Below, piece by piece: positions 1-12,273 of a stretch of 64,000 nt of DNA. Source of the stretch: Lepidodermella squamata (taxonomy: Eukaryota; Animalia; Gastrotricha). Below the pieces are notes generated by a model that was not told where the DNA came from, did not search any database, and worked only from the letters and a program-made list of their open reading frames with translations. Where the stretch lies: assembly GCA_047495785.1 (NCBI GenBank), contig JBLDXI010000031.1, positions 1,674,001-1,738,000 on the forward strand, written 5' to 3'. Each line of letters starts with the position of its first letter. The stretch's first letter is position 1. The position numbers were made by a program, and so were the translations under genes.

Positions 1-3000
1 TTGGCTCCCAGGGCCCTGTCGGCAGTACTGGTGCGAAGGGTGTGCAAGGTGATCAAGGATCGCATGGACCCGCCGGCTCACAAGGTCATCAGGGCAGCAC
101 GGGTCCGAAGGGTGAACAAGGCGACAAGGGCCACCAAGGTGTGCTGGGATCGCAAGGTCAAATGGGTCGCCCCGGAATGCGTGGCGCTCAGGGCTCTCTC
201 GGATCGCAAGGACCTCTCGGTTCGCAGGGTCCTAAAGGCATCGCTGGCGAGAAGGGTGAGCACGGCGTTAAAGGCTCTCATGGCGAGCTTGGCTCTCAAG
301 GCCCTGTCGGCAGTACTGGTGCGAAGGGCACTCAGGGTGAGCAAGGATCGCACGGGCCTACCGGTTCGCAAGGTCCTCAAGGCAGCACCGGTCCAAAAGG
401 TGAACACGGCGACAAAGGCTATCAAGGTGCACTTGGCTCCCAGGGCCCTGTCGGCAGTACTGGTGCGAAGGGTGTGCAAGGTGATCAAGGATCGCATGGA
501 CCCGCCGGCTCACAAGGTCATCAGGGCAGCACGGGTCCGAAGGGTGAACAAGGCGACAAGGGCCACCAAGGTGTGCTGGGATCGCAAGGTCAAATGGGTC
601 GCCCCGGAATGCGTGGCGCTCAGGGCTCTCTCGGATCGCAAGGACCTCTCGGTTCGCAGGGTCCTAAAGGCATCGCTGGCGAGAAGGGTGAGCACGGCGT
701 TAAAGGCTCTCATGGCGAGCTTGGCTCTCAAGGCCCTGTCGGCAGTACTGGTGCGAAGGGCACTCAGGGTGAGCAAGGATCGCACGGGCCTACCGGTTCG
801 CAAGGTCCTCAAGGCAGCACCGGTCCAAAAGGTGAACACGGCGACAAAGGCTATCAAGGTGCACTTGGCTCCCAGGGCCCTGTCGGCAGTACTGGTGCGA
901 AGGGTGTGCAAGGTGATCAAGGATCGCATGGACCCGCCGGCTCACAAGGTCATCAGGGCAGCACGGGTCCGAAGGGTGAACAAGGCGACAAGGGCCACCA
1001 AGGTGTGCTGGGATCGCAAGGTCAAATGGGTCGCCCCGGAATGCGTGGCGCTCAGGGCTCTCTCGGATCGCAAGGACCTCTCGGTTCGCAGGGTCCTAAA
1101 GGCATCGCTGGCGAGAAGGGTGAGCACGGCGTTAAAGGCTCTCATGGCGAGCTTGGCTCTCATGGCGAGCTTGGCTCTCAAGGCCCTGTCGGCAGTACTG
1201 GTGCGAAGGGCACTCAGGGTGAGCAAGGATCGCACGGGCCTACCGGTTCGCAAGGTCCTCAAGGCAGCACCGGTCCAAAAGGTGAACACGGCGACAAAGG
1301 CTATCAAGGTGCACTTGGCTCCCAGGGCCCTGTCGGCAGTACTGGTGCGAAGGGTGTGCAAGGTGATCAAGGATCGCATGGACCCGCCGGCTCACAAGGT
1401 CATCAGGGCAGCACGGGTCCGAAGGGTGAACAAGGCGACAAGGGCCACCAAGGTGTGCTGGGATCGCAAGGTCAAATGGGTCGCCCCGGAATGCGTGGCG
1501 CTCAGGGCTCTCTCGGATCGCAAGGACCTCTCGGTTCGCAGGGTCCTAAAGGCATCGCTGGCGAGAAGGGTGAGCACGGCGTTAAAGGCTCTCATGGCGA
1601 GCTTGGCTCTCAAGGCCCTGTCGGCAGTACTGGTGCGAAGGGCACTCAGGGTGAGCAAGGATCGCACGGGCCTACCGGTTCGCAAGGTCCTCAAGGCAGC
1701 ACCGGTCCAAAAGGTGAACACGGCGACAAAGGCTATCAAGGTGCACTTGGCTCCCAGGGCCCTGTCGGCAGTACTGGTGCGAAGGGTGTGCAAGGTGATC
1801 AAGGATCGCATGGACCCGCCGGCTCACAAGGTCATCAGGGCAGCACGGGTCCGAAGGGTGAACAAGGCGACAAGGGCCACCAAGGTGTGCTGGGATCGCA
1901 AGGTCAAATGGGTCGCCCCGGAATGCGTGGCGCTCAGGGCTCTCTCGGATCGCAAGGACCTCTCGGTTCGCAGGGTCCTAAAGGCATCGCTGGCGAGAAG
2001 GGTGAGCACGGCGTTAAAGGCTCTCATGGCGAGCTTGGCTCTCAAGGCCCTGTCGGCAGTACTGGTGCGAAGGGCACTCAGGGTGAGCAAGGATCGCACG
2101 GGCCTACCGGTTCGCAAGGTCCTCAAGGCAGCACCGGTCCAAAAGGTGAACACGGCGACAAAGGCTATCAAGGTGCACTTGGCTCCCAGGGCCCTGTCGG
2201 CAGTACTGGTGCGAAGGGTGTGCAAGGTGATCAAGGATCGCATGGACCCGCCGGCTCACAAGGTCATCAGGGCAGCACGGGTCCGAAGGGTGAACAAGGC
2301 GACAAGGGCCACCAAGGTGTGCTGGGATCGCAAGGTCAAATGGGTCGCCCCGGAATGCGTGGCGCTCAGGGCTCTCTCGGATCGCAAGGACCTCTCGGTT
2401 CGCAGGGTCCTAAAGGCATCGCTGGCGAGAAGGGTGAGCACGGCGTTAAAGGCTCTCATGGCGAGCTTGGCTCTCAAGGCCCTGTCGGCAGTACTGGTGC
2501 GAAGGGCACTCAGGGTGAGCAAGGATCGCACGGGCCTACCGGTTCGCAAGGTCCTCAAGGCAGCACCGGTCCAAAAGGTGAACACGGCGACAAAGGCTAT
2601 CAAGGTGCACTTGGCTCCCAGGGCCCTGTCGGCAGTACTGGTGCGAAGGGTGTGCAAGGTGATCAAGGATCGCATGGACCCGCCGGCTCACAAGGTCATC
2701 AGGGCAGCACGGGTCCGAAGGGTGAACAAGGCGACAAGGGCCACCAAGGTGTGCTGGGATCGCAAGGTCAAATGGGTCGCCCCGGAATGCGTGGCGCTCA
2801 GGGCTCTCTCGGATCGCAAGGACCTCTCGGTTCGCAGGGTCCTAAAGGCATCGCTGGCGAGAAGGGTGAGCACGGCGTTAAAGGCTCTCATGGCGAGCTT
2901 GGCTCTCAAGGCCCTGTCGGCAGTACTGGTGCGAAGGGCACTCAGGGTGAGCAAGGATCGCACGGGCCTACCGGTTCGCAAGGTCCTCAAGGCAGCACCG

Positions 3001-6000
3001 GTCCAAAAGGTGAACACGGCGACAAAGGCTATCAAGGTGCACTTGGCTCCCAGGGCCCTGTCGGCAGTACTGGTGCGAAGGGTGTGCAAGGTGATCAAGG
3101 ATCGCATGGACCCGCCGGCTCACAAGGTCATCAGGGCAGCACGGGTCCGAAGGGTGAACAAGGCGACAAGGGCCACCAAGGTGTGCTGGGATCGCAAGGT
3201 CAAATGGGTCGCCCCGGAATGCGTGGCGCTCAGGGCTCTCTCGGATCGCAAGGACCTCTCGGTTCGCAGGGTCCTAAAGGCATCGCTGGCGAGAAGGGTG
3301 AGCACGGCGTTAAAGGCTCTCATGGCGAGCTTGGCTCTCAAGGCCCTGTCGGCAGTACTGGTGCGAAGGGCACTCAGGGTGAGCAAGGATCGCACGGGCC
3401 TACCGGTTCGCAAGGTCCTCAAGGCAGCACCGGTCCAAAAGGTGAACACGGCGACAAAGGCTATCAAGGTGCACTTGGCTCCCAGGGCCCTGTCGGCAGT
3501 ACTGGTGCGAAGGGTGTGCAAGGTGATCAAGGATCGCATGGACCCGCCGGCTCACAAGGTCATCAGGGCAGCACGGGTCCGAAGGGTGAACAAGGCGACA
3601 AGGGCCACCAAGGTGTGCTGGGATCGCAAGGTCAAATGGGTCGCCCCGGAATGCGTGGCGCTCAGGGCTCTCTCGGATCGCAAGGACCTCTCGGTTCGCA
3701 GGGTCCTAAAGGCATCGCTGGCGAGAAGGGTGAGCACGGCGTTAAAGGCTCTCATGGCGAGCTTGGCTCTCAAGGCCCTGTCGGCAGTACTGGTGCGAAG
3801 GGCACTCAGGGTGAGCAAGGATCGCACGGGCCTACCGGTTCGCAAGGTCCTCAAGGCAGCACCGGTCCAAAAGGTGAACACGGCGACAAAGGCTATCAAG
3901 GTGCACTTGGCTCCCAGGGCCCTGTCGGCAGTACTGGTGCGAAGGGTGTGCAAGGTGATCAAGGATCGCATGGACCCGCCGGCTCACAAGGTCATCAGGG
4001 CAGCACGGGTCCGAAGGGTGAACAAGGCGACAAGGGCCACCAAGGTGTGCTGGGATCGCAAGGTCAAATGGGTCGCCCCGGAATGCGTGGCGCTCAGGGC
4101 TCTCTCGGATCGCAAGGACCTCTCGGTTCGCAGGGTCCTAAAGGCATCGCTGGCGAGAAGGGTGAGCACGGCGTTAAAGGCTCTCATGGCGAGCTTGGCT
4201 CTCAAGGCCCTGTCGGCAGTACTGGTGCGAAGGGCACTCAGGGTGAGCAAGGATCGCACGGGCCTACCGGTTCGCAAGGTCCTCAAGGCAGCACCGGTCC
4301 AAAAGGTGAACACGGCGACAAAGGCTATCAAGGTGCACTTGGCTCCCAGGGCCCTGTCGGCAGTACTGGTGCGAAGGGTGTGCAAGGTGATCAAGGATCG
4401 CATGGACACGCCGGCTCACAAGGTCATCAGGGCAGCACGGGTCCGAAGGGTGAACAAGGCGACAAGGGCCACCAAGGTGTGCTGGGATCGCAAGGTCAAA
4501 TGGGTCGCCCCGGAATGCGTGGCGCTCAGGGCTCTCTCGGATCGCAAGGACCTCTCGGTTCGCAGGGTCCTAAAGGCATCGCTGGCGAGAAGGGTGAGCA
4601 CGGCGTTAAAGGCTCTCATGGCGAGCTTGGCTCTCAAGGCCCTGTCGGCAGTACTGGTGCGAAGGGCACTCAGGGTGAGCAAGGATCGCACGGGCCTACC
4701 GGTTCGCAAGGTCCTCAAGGCAGCACCGGTCCAAAAGGTGAACACGGCGACAAAGGCTATCAAGGTGCACTTGGCTCCCAGGGCCCTGTCGGCAGTACTG
4801 GTGCGAAGGGTGTGCAAGGTGATCAAGGATCGCATGGACCCGCCGGCTCACAAGGTCATCAGGGCAGCACGGGTCCGAAGGGTGAACAAGGCGACAAGGG
4901 CCACCAAGGTGTGCTGGGATCGCAAGGTCAAATGGGTCGCCCCGGAATGCGTGGCGCTCAGGGCTCTCTCGGATCGCAAGGACCTCTCGGTTCGCAGGGT
5001 CCTAAAGGCATCGCTGGCGAGAAGGGTGAGCACGGCGTTAAAGGCTCTCATGGCGAGCTTGGCTCTCAAGGCCCTGTCGGCAGTACTGGTGCGAAGGGCA
5101 CTCAGGGTGAGCAAGGATCGCACGGGCCTACCGGTTCGCAAGGTCCTCAAGGCAGCACCGGTCCAAAAGGTGAACACGGCGACAAAGGCTATCAAGGTGC
5201 ACTTGGCTCCCAGGGCCCTGTCGGCAGTACTGGTGCGAAGGGTGTGCAAGGTGATCAAGGATCGCATGGACCCGCCGGCTCACAAGGTCATCAGGGCAGC
5301 ACGGGTCCGAAGGGTGAACAAGGCGACAAGGGCCACCAAGGTGTGCTGGGATCGCAAGGTCAAATGGGTCGCCCCGGAATGCGTGGCGCTCAGGGCTCTC
5401 TCGGATCGCAAGGACCTCTCGGTTCGCAGGGTCCTAAAGGCATCGCTGGCGAGAAGGGTGAGCACGGCGTTAAAGGCTCTCATGGCGAGCTTGGCTCTCA
5501 AGGCCCTGTCGGCAGTACTGGTGCGAAGGGCACTCAGGGTGAGCAAGGATCGCACGGGCCTACCGGTTCGCAAGGTCCTCAAGGCAGCACCGGTCCAAAA
5601 GGTGAACACGGCGACAAAGGCTATCAAGGTGCACTTGGCTCCCAGGGCCCTGTCGGCAGTACTGGTGCGAAGGGTGTGCAAGGTGATCAAGGATCGCATG
5701 GACCCGCCGGCTCACAAGGTCATCAGGGCAGCACGGGTCCGAAGGGTGAACAAGGCGACAAGGGCCACCAAGGTGTGCTGGGATCGCAAGGTCAAATGGG
5801 TCGCCCCGGAATGCGTGGCGCTCAGGGCTCTCTCGGATCGCAAGGACCTCTCGGTTCGCAGGGTCCTAAAGGCATCGCTGGCGAGAAGGGTGAGCACGGC
5901 GTTAAAGGCTCTCATGGCGAGCTTGGCTCTCAAGGCCCTGTCGGCAGTACTGGTGCGAAGGGCACTCAGGGTGAGCAAGGATCGCACGGGCCTACCGGTT

Positions 6001-9000
6001 CGCAAGGTCCTCAAGGCAGCACCGGTCCAAAAGGTGAACACGGCGACAAAGGCTATCAAGGTGCACTTGGCTCCCAGGGCCCTGTCGGCAGTACTGGTGC
6101 GAAGGGTGTGCAAGGTGATCAAGGATCGCATGGACCCGCCGGCTCACAAGGTCATCAGGGCAGCACGGGTCCGAAGGGTGAACAAGGCGACAAGGGCCAC
6201 CAAGGTGTGCTGGGATCGCAAGGTCAAATGGGTCGCCCCGGAATGCGTGGCGCTCAGGGCTCTCTCGGATCGCAAGGACCTCTCGGTTCGCAGGGTCCTA
6301 AAGGCATCGCTGGCGAGAAGGGTGAGCACGGCGTTAAAGGCTCTCATGGCGAGCTTGGCTCTCAAGGCCCTGTCGGCAGTACTGGTGCGAAGGGCACTCA
6401 GGGTGAGCAAGGATCGCACGGGCCTACCGGTTCGCAAGGTCCTCAAGGCAGCACCGGTCCAAAAGGTGAACACGGCGACAAAGGCTATCAAGGTGCACTT
6501 GGCTCCCAGGGCCCTGTCGGCAGTACTGGTGCGAAGGGTGTGCAAGGTGATCAAGGATCGCATGGACCCGCCGGCTCACAAGGTCATCAGGGCAGCACGG
6601 GTCCGAAGGGTGAACAAGGCGACAAGGGCCACCAAGGTGTGCTGGGATCGCAAGGTCAAATGGGTCGCCCCGGAATGCGTGGCGCTCAGGGCTCTCTCGG
6701 ATCGCAAGGACCTCTCGGTTCGCAGGGTCCTAAAGGCATCGCTGGCGAGAAGGGTGAGCACGGCGTTAAAGGCTCTCATGGCGAGCTTGGCTCTCAAGGC
6801 CCTGTCGGCAGTACTGGTGCGAAGGGCACTCAGGGTGAGCAAGGATCGCACGGGCCTACCGGTTCGCAAGGTCCTCAAGGCAGCACCGGTCCAAAAGGTG
6901 AACACGGCGACAAAGGCTATCAAGGTGCACTTGGCTCCCAGGGCCCTGTCGGCAGTACTGGTGCGAAGGGTGTGCAAGGTGATCAAGGATCGCATGGACC
7001 CGCCGGCTCACAAGGTCATCAGGGCAGCACGGGTCCGAAGGGTGAACAAGGCGACAAGGGCCACCAAGGTGTGCTGGGATCGCAAGGTCAAATGGGTCGC
7101 CCCGGAATGCGTGGCGCTCAGGGCTCTCTCGGATCGCAAGGACCTCTCGGTTCGCAGGGTCCTAAAGGCATCGCTGGCGAGAAGGGTGAGCACGGCGTTA
7201 AAGGCTCTCATGGCGAGCTTGGCTCTCAAGGCCCTGTCGGCAGTACTGGTGCGAAGGGCACTCAGGGTGAGCAAGGATCGCACGGGCCTACCGGTTCGCA
7301 AGGTCCTCAAGGCAGCACCGGTCCAAAAGGTGAACACGGCGACAAAGGCTATCAAGGTGCACTTGGCTCCCAGGGCCCTGTCGGCAGTACTGGTGCGAAG
7401 GGTGTGCAAGGTGATCAAGGATCGCATGGACACGCCGGCTCACAAGGTCATCAGGGCAGCACGGGTCCGAAGGGTGAACAAGGCGACAAGGGCCACCAAG
7501 GTGTGCTGGGATCGCAAGGTCAAATGGGTCGCCCCGGAATGCGTGGCGCTCAGGGCTCTCTCGGATCGCAAGGACCTCTCGGTTCGCAGGGTCCTAAAGG
7601 CATCGCTGGCGAGAAGGGTGAGCACGGCGTTAAAGGCTCTCATGGCGAGCTTGGCTCTCAAGGCCCTGTCGGCAGTACTGGTGCGAAGGGCACTCAGGGT
7701 GAGCAAGGATCGCACGGGCCTACCGGTTCGCAAGGTCCTCAAGGCAGCACCGGTCCAAAAGGTGAACACGGCGACAAAGGCTATCAAGGTGCACTTGGCT
7801 CCCAGGGCCCTGTCGGCAGTACTGGTGCGAAGGGTGTGCAAGGTGATCAAGGATCGCATGGACACGCCGGCTCACAAGGTCATCAGGGCAGCACGGGTCC
7901 GAAGGGTGAACAAGGCGACAAGGGCCACCAAGGTGTGCTGGGATCGCAAGGTCAAATGGGTCGCCCCGGAATGCGTGGCGCTCAGGGCTCTCTCGGATCG
8001 CAAGGACCTCTCGGTTCGCAGGGTCCTAAAGGCATCGCTGGCGAGAAGGGTGAGCACGGCGTTAAAGGCTCTCATGGCGAGCTTGGCTCTCAAGGCCCTG
8101 TCGGCAGTACTGGTGCGAAGGGCACTCAGGGTGAGCAAGGATCGCACGGGCCTACCGGTTCGCAAGGTCCTCAAGGCAGCACCGGTCCAAAAGGTGAACA
8201 CGGCGACAAAGGCTATCAAGGTGCACTTGGCTCCCAGGGCCCTGTCGGCAGTACTGGTGCGAAGGGTGTGCAAGGTGATCAAGGATCGCATGGACACGCC
8301 GGCTCACAAGGTCATCAGGGCAGCACGGGTCCGAAGGGTGAACAAGGCGACAAGGGCCACCAAGGTGTGCTGGGATCGCAAGGTCAAATGGGTCGCCCCG
8401 GAATGCGTGGCGCTCAGGGCTCTCTCGGATCGCAAGGACCTCTCGGTTCGCAGGGTCCTAAAGGCATCGCTGGCGAGAAGGGTGAGCACGGCGTTAAAGG
8501 CTCTCATGGCGAGCTTGGCTCTCAAGGCCCTGTCGGCAGTACTGGTGCGAAGGGCACTCAGGGTGAGCAAGGATCGCACGGGCCTACCGGTTCGCAAGGT
8601 CCTCAAGGCAGCACCGGTCCAAAAGGTGAACACGGCGACAAAGGCTATCAAGGTGCACTTGGCTCCCAGGGCCCTGTCGGCAGTACTGGTGCGAAGGGTG
8701 TGCAAGGTGATCAAGGATCGCATGGACACGCCGGCTCACAAGGTCATCAGGGCAGCACGGGTCCGAAGGGTGAACAAGGCGACAAGGGCCACCAAGGTGT
8801 GCTGGGATCGCAAGGTCAAATGGGTCGCCCCGGAATGCGTGGCGCTCAGGGCTCTCTCGGATCGCAAGGACCTCTCGGTTCGCAGGGTCCTAAAGGCATC
8901 GCTGGCGAGAAGGGTGAGCACGGCGTTAAAGGCTCTCATGGCGAGCTTGGCTCTCAAGGCCCTGTCGGCAGTACTGGTGCGAAGGGCACTCAGGGTGAGC

Positions 9001-12000
9001 AAGGATCGCACGGGCCTACCGGTTCGCAAGGTCCTCAAGGCAGCACCGGTCCAAAAGGTGAACACGGCGACAAAGGCTATCAAGGTGCACTTGGCTCCCA
9101 GGGCCCTGTCGGCAGTACTGGTGCGAAGGGTGTGCAAGGTGATCAAGGATCGCATGGACACGCCGGCTCACAAGGTCATCAGGGCAGCACGGGTCCGAAG
9201 GGTGAACAAGGCGACAAGGGCCACCAAGGTGTGCTGGGATCGCAAGGTCAAATGGGTCGCCCCGGAATGCGTGGCGCTCAGGGCTCTCTCGGATCGCAAG
9301 GACCTCTCGGTTCGCAGGGTCCTAAAGGCATCGCTGGCGAGAAGGGTGAGCACGGCGTTAAAGGCTCTCATGGCGAGCTTGGCTCTCAAGGCCCTGTCGG
9401 CAGTACTGGTGCGAAGGGCACTCAGGGTGAGCAAGGATCGCACGGGCCTACCGGTTCGCAAGGTCCTCAAGGCAGCACCGGTCCAAAAGGTGAACACGGC
9501 GACAAAGGCTATCAAGGTGCACTTGGCTCCCAGGGCCCTGTCGGCAGTACTGGTGCGAAGGGTGTGCAAGGTGATCAAGGATCGCATGGACCCGCCGGCT
9601 CACAAGGTCATCAGGGCAGCACGGGTCCGAAGGGTGAACAAGGCGACAAGGGCCACCAAGGTGTGCTGGGATCGCAAGGTCAAATGGGTCGCCCCGGAAT
9701 GCGTGGCGCTCAGGGCTCTCTCGGATCGCAAGGACCTCTCGGTTCGCAGGGTCCTAAAGGCATCGCTGGCGAGAAGGGTGAGCACGGCGTTAAAGGCTCT
9801 CATGGCGAGCTTGGCTCTCAAGGCCCTGTCGGCAGTACTGGTGCGAAGGGCACTCAGGGTGAGCAAGGATCGCACGGGCCTACCGGTTCGCAAGGTCCTC
9901 AAGGCAGCACCGGTCCAAAAGGTGAACACGGCGACAAAGGCTATCAAGGTGCACTTGGCTCCCAGGGCCCTGTCGGCAGTACTGGTGCGAAGGGTGTGCA
10001 AGGTGATCAAGGATCGCATGGACACGCCGGCTCACAAGGTCATCAGGGCAGCACGGGTCCGAAGGGTGAACAAGGCGACAAGGGCCACCAAGGTGTGCTG
10101 GGATCGCAAGGTCAAATGGGTCGCCCCGGAATGCGTGGCGCTCAGGGCTCTCTCGGATCGCAAGGACCTCTCGGTTCGCAGGGTCCTAAAGGCATCGCTG
10201 GCGAGAAGGGTGAGCACGGCGTTAAAGGCTCTCATGGCGAGCTTGGCTCTCAAGGCCCTGTCGGCAGTACTGGTGCGAAGGGCACTCAGGGTGAGCAAGG
10301 ATCGCACGGGCCTACCGGTTCGCAAGGTCCTCAAGGCAGCACCGGTCCAAAAGGTGAACACGGCGACAAAGGCTATCAAGGTGCACTTGGCTCCCAGGGC
10401 CCTGTCGGCAGTACTGGTGCGAAGGGTGTGCAAGGTGATCAAGGATCGCATGGACCCGCCGGCTCACAAGGTCATCAGGGCAGCACGGGTCCGAAGGGTG
10501 AACAAGGCGACAAGGGCCACCAAGGTGTGCTGGGATCGCAAGGTCAAATGGGTCGCCCCGGAATGCGTGGCGCTCAGGGCTCTCTCGGATCGCAAGGACC
10601 TCTCGGTTCGCAGGGTCCTAAAGGCATCGCTGGCGAGAAGGGTGAGCACGGCGTTAAAGGCTCTCATGGCGAGCTTGGCTCTCAAGGCCCTGTCGGCAGT
10701 ACTGGTGCGAAGGGCACTCAGGGTGAGCAAGGATCGCACGGGCCTACCGGTTCGCAAGGTCCTCAAGGCAGCACCGGTCCAAAAGGTGAACACGGCGACA
10801 AAGGCTATCAAGGTGCACTTGGCTCCCAGGGCCCTGTCGGCAGTACTGGTGCGAAGGGTGTGCAAGGTGATCAAGGATCGCATGGACCCGCCGGCTCACA
10901 AGGTCATCAGGGCAGCACGGGTCCGAAGGGTGAACAAGGCGACAAGGGCCACCAAGGTGTGCTGGGATCGCAAGGTCAAATGGGTCGCCCCGGAATGCGT
11001 GGCGCTCAGGGCTCTCTCGGATCGCAAGGACCTCTCGGTTCGCAGGGTCCTAAAGGCATCGCTGGCGAGAAGGGTGAGCACGGCGTTAAAGGCTCTCATG
11101 GCGAGCTTGGCTCTCAAGGCCCTGTCGGCAGTACTGGTGCGAAGGGCACTCAGGGTGAGCAAGGATCGCACGGGCCTACCGGTTCGCAAGGTCCTCAAGG
11201 CAGCACCGGTCCAAAAGGTGAACACGGCGACAAAGGCTATCAAGGTGCACTTGGCTCCCAGGGCCCTGTCGGCAGTACTGGTGCGAAGGGTGTGCAAGGT
11301 GATCAAGGATCGCATGGACCCGCCGGCTCACAAGGTCATCAGGGCAGCACGGGTCCGAAGGGTGAACAAGGCGACAAGGGCCACCAAGGTGTGCTGGGAT
11401 CGCAAGGTCAAATGGGTCGCCCCGGAATGCGTGGCGCTCAGGGCTCTCTCGGATCGCAAGGACCTCTCGGTTCGCAGGGTCCTAAAGGCATCGCTGGCGA
11501 GAAGGGTGAGCACGGCGTTAAAGGCTCTCATGGCGAGCTTGGCTCTCAAGGCCCTGTCGGCAGTACTGGTGCGAAGGGCACTCAGGGTGAGCAAGGATCG
11601 CACGGGCCTACCGGTTCGCAAGGTCCTCAAGGCAGCACCGGTCCAAAAGGTGAACACGGCGACAAAGGCTATCAAGGTGCACTTGGCTCCCAGGGCCCTG
11701 TCGGCAGTACTGGTGCGAAGGGTGTGCAAGGTGATCAAGGATCGCATGGACCCGCCGGCTCACAAGGTCATCAGGGCAGCACGGGTCCGAAGGGTGAACA
11801 AGGCGACAAGGGCCACCAAGGTGTGCTGGGATCGCAAGGTCAAATGGGTCGCCCCGGAATGCGTGGCGCTCAGGGCTCTCTCGGATCGCAAGGACCTCTC
11901 GGTTCGCAGGGTCCTAAAGGCATCGCTGGCGAGAAGGGTGAGCACGGCGTTAAAGGCTCTCATGGCGAGCTTGGCTCTCAAGGCCCTGTCGGCAGTACTG

Positions 12001-12273
12001 GTGCGAAGGGCACTCAGGGTGAGCAAGGATCGCACGGGCCTACCGGTTCGCAAGGTCCTCAAGGCAGCACCGGTCCAAAAGGTGAACACGGCGACAAAGG
12101 CTATCAAGGTGCACTTGGCTCCCAGGGCCCTGTCGGCAGTACTGGTGCGAAGGGTGTGCAAGGTGATCAAGGATCGCATGGACCCGCCGGCTCACAAGGT
12201 CATCAGGGCAGCACGGGTCCGAAGGGTGAACAAGGCGACAAGGGCCACCAAGGTGTGCTGGGATCGCAAGGTC
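1..12273 (+). repeat. Coding tandem array of a 432-bp (144-aa, 48-triplet) unit: 28 full copies plus partial copies, almost 100% identical
   Basis: The 432 period is visible directly and in the spacing of the antisense ORFs. The only variants I saw are an 18-bp duplication at 1137-1172 and a C>A change at 4408, 7432, 7864, 8296, 8728, 9160 and 10024. Confidence 0.98.

Noticed and set aside
78-12179. 28 antisense ORFs of 139-145 aa
   Set aside because: They are shadows of the repeat unit, each ended by the same TCA-derived stop, with no independent coding evidence.
1-12273. CRISPR-like or non-coding satellite interpretation of the array
   Set aside because: There are no unique spacers, the unit keeps Gly at every third codon, and the frame splices into ordinary collagen exons.
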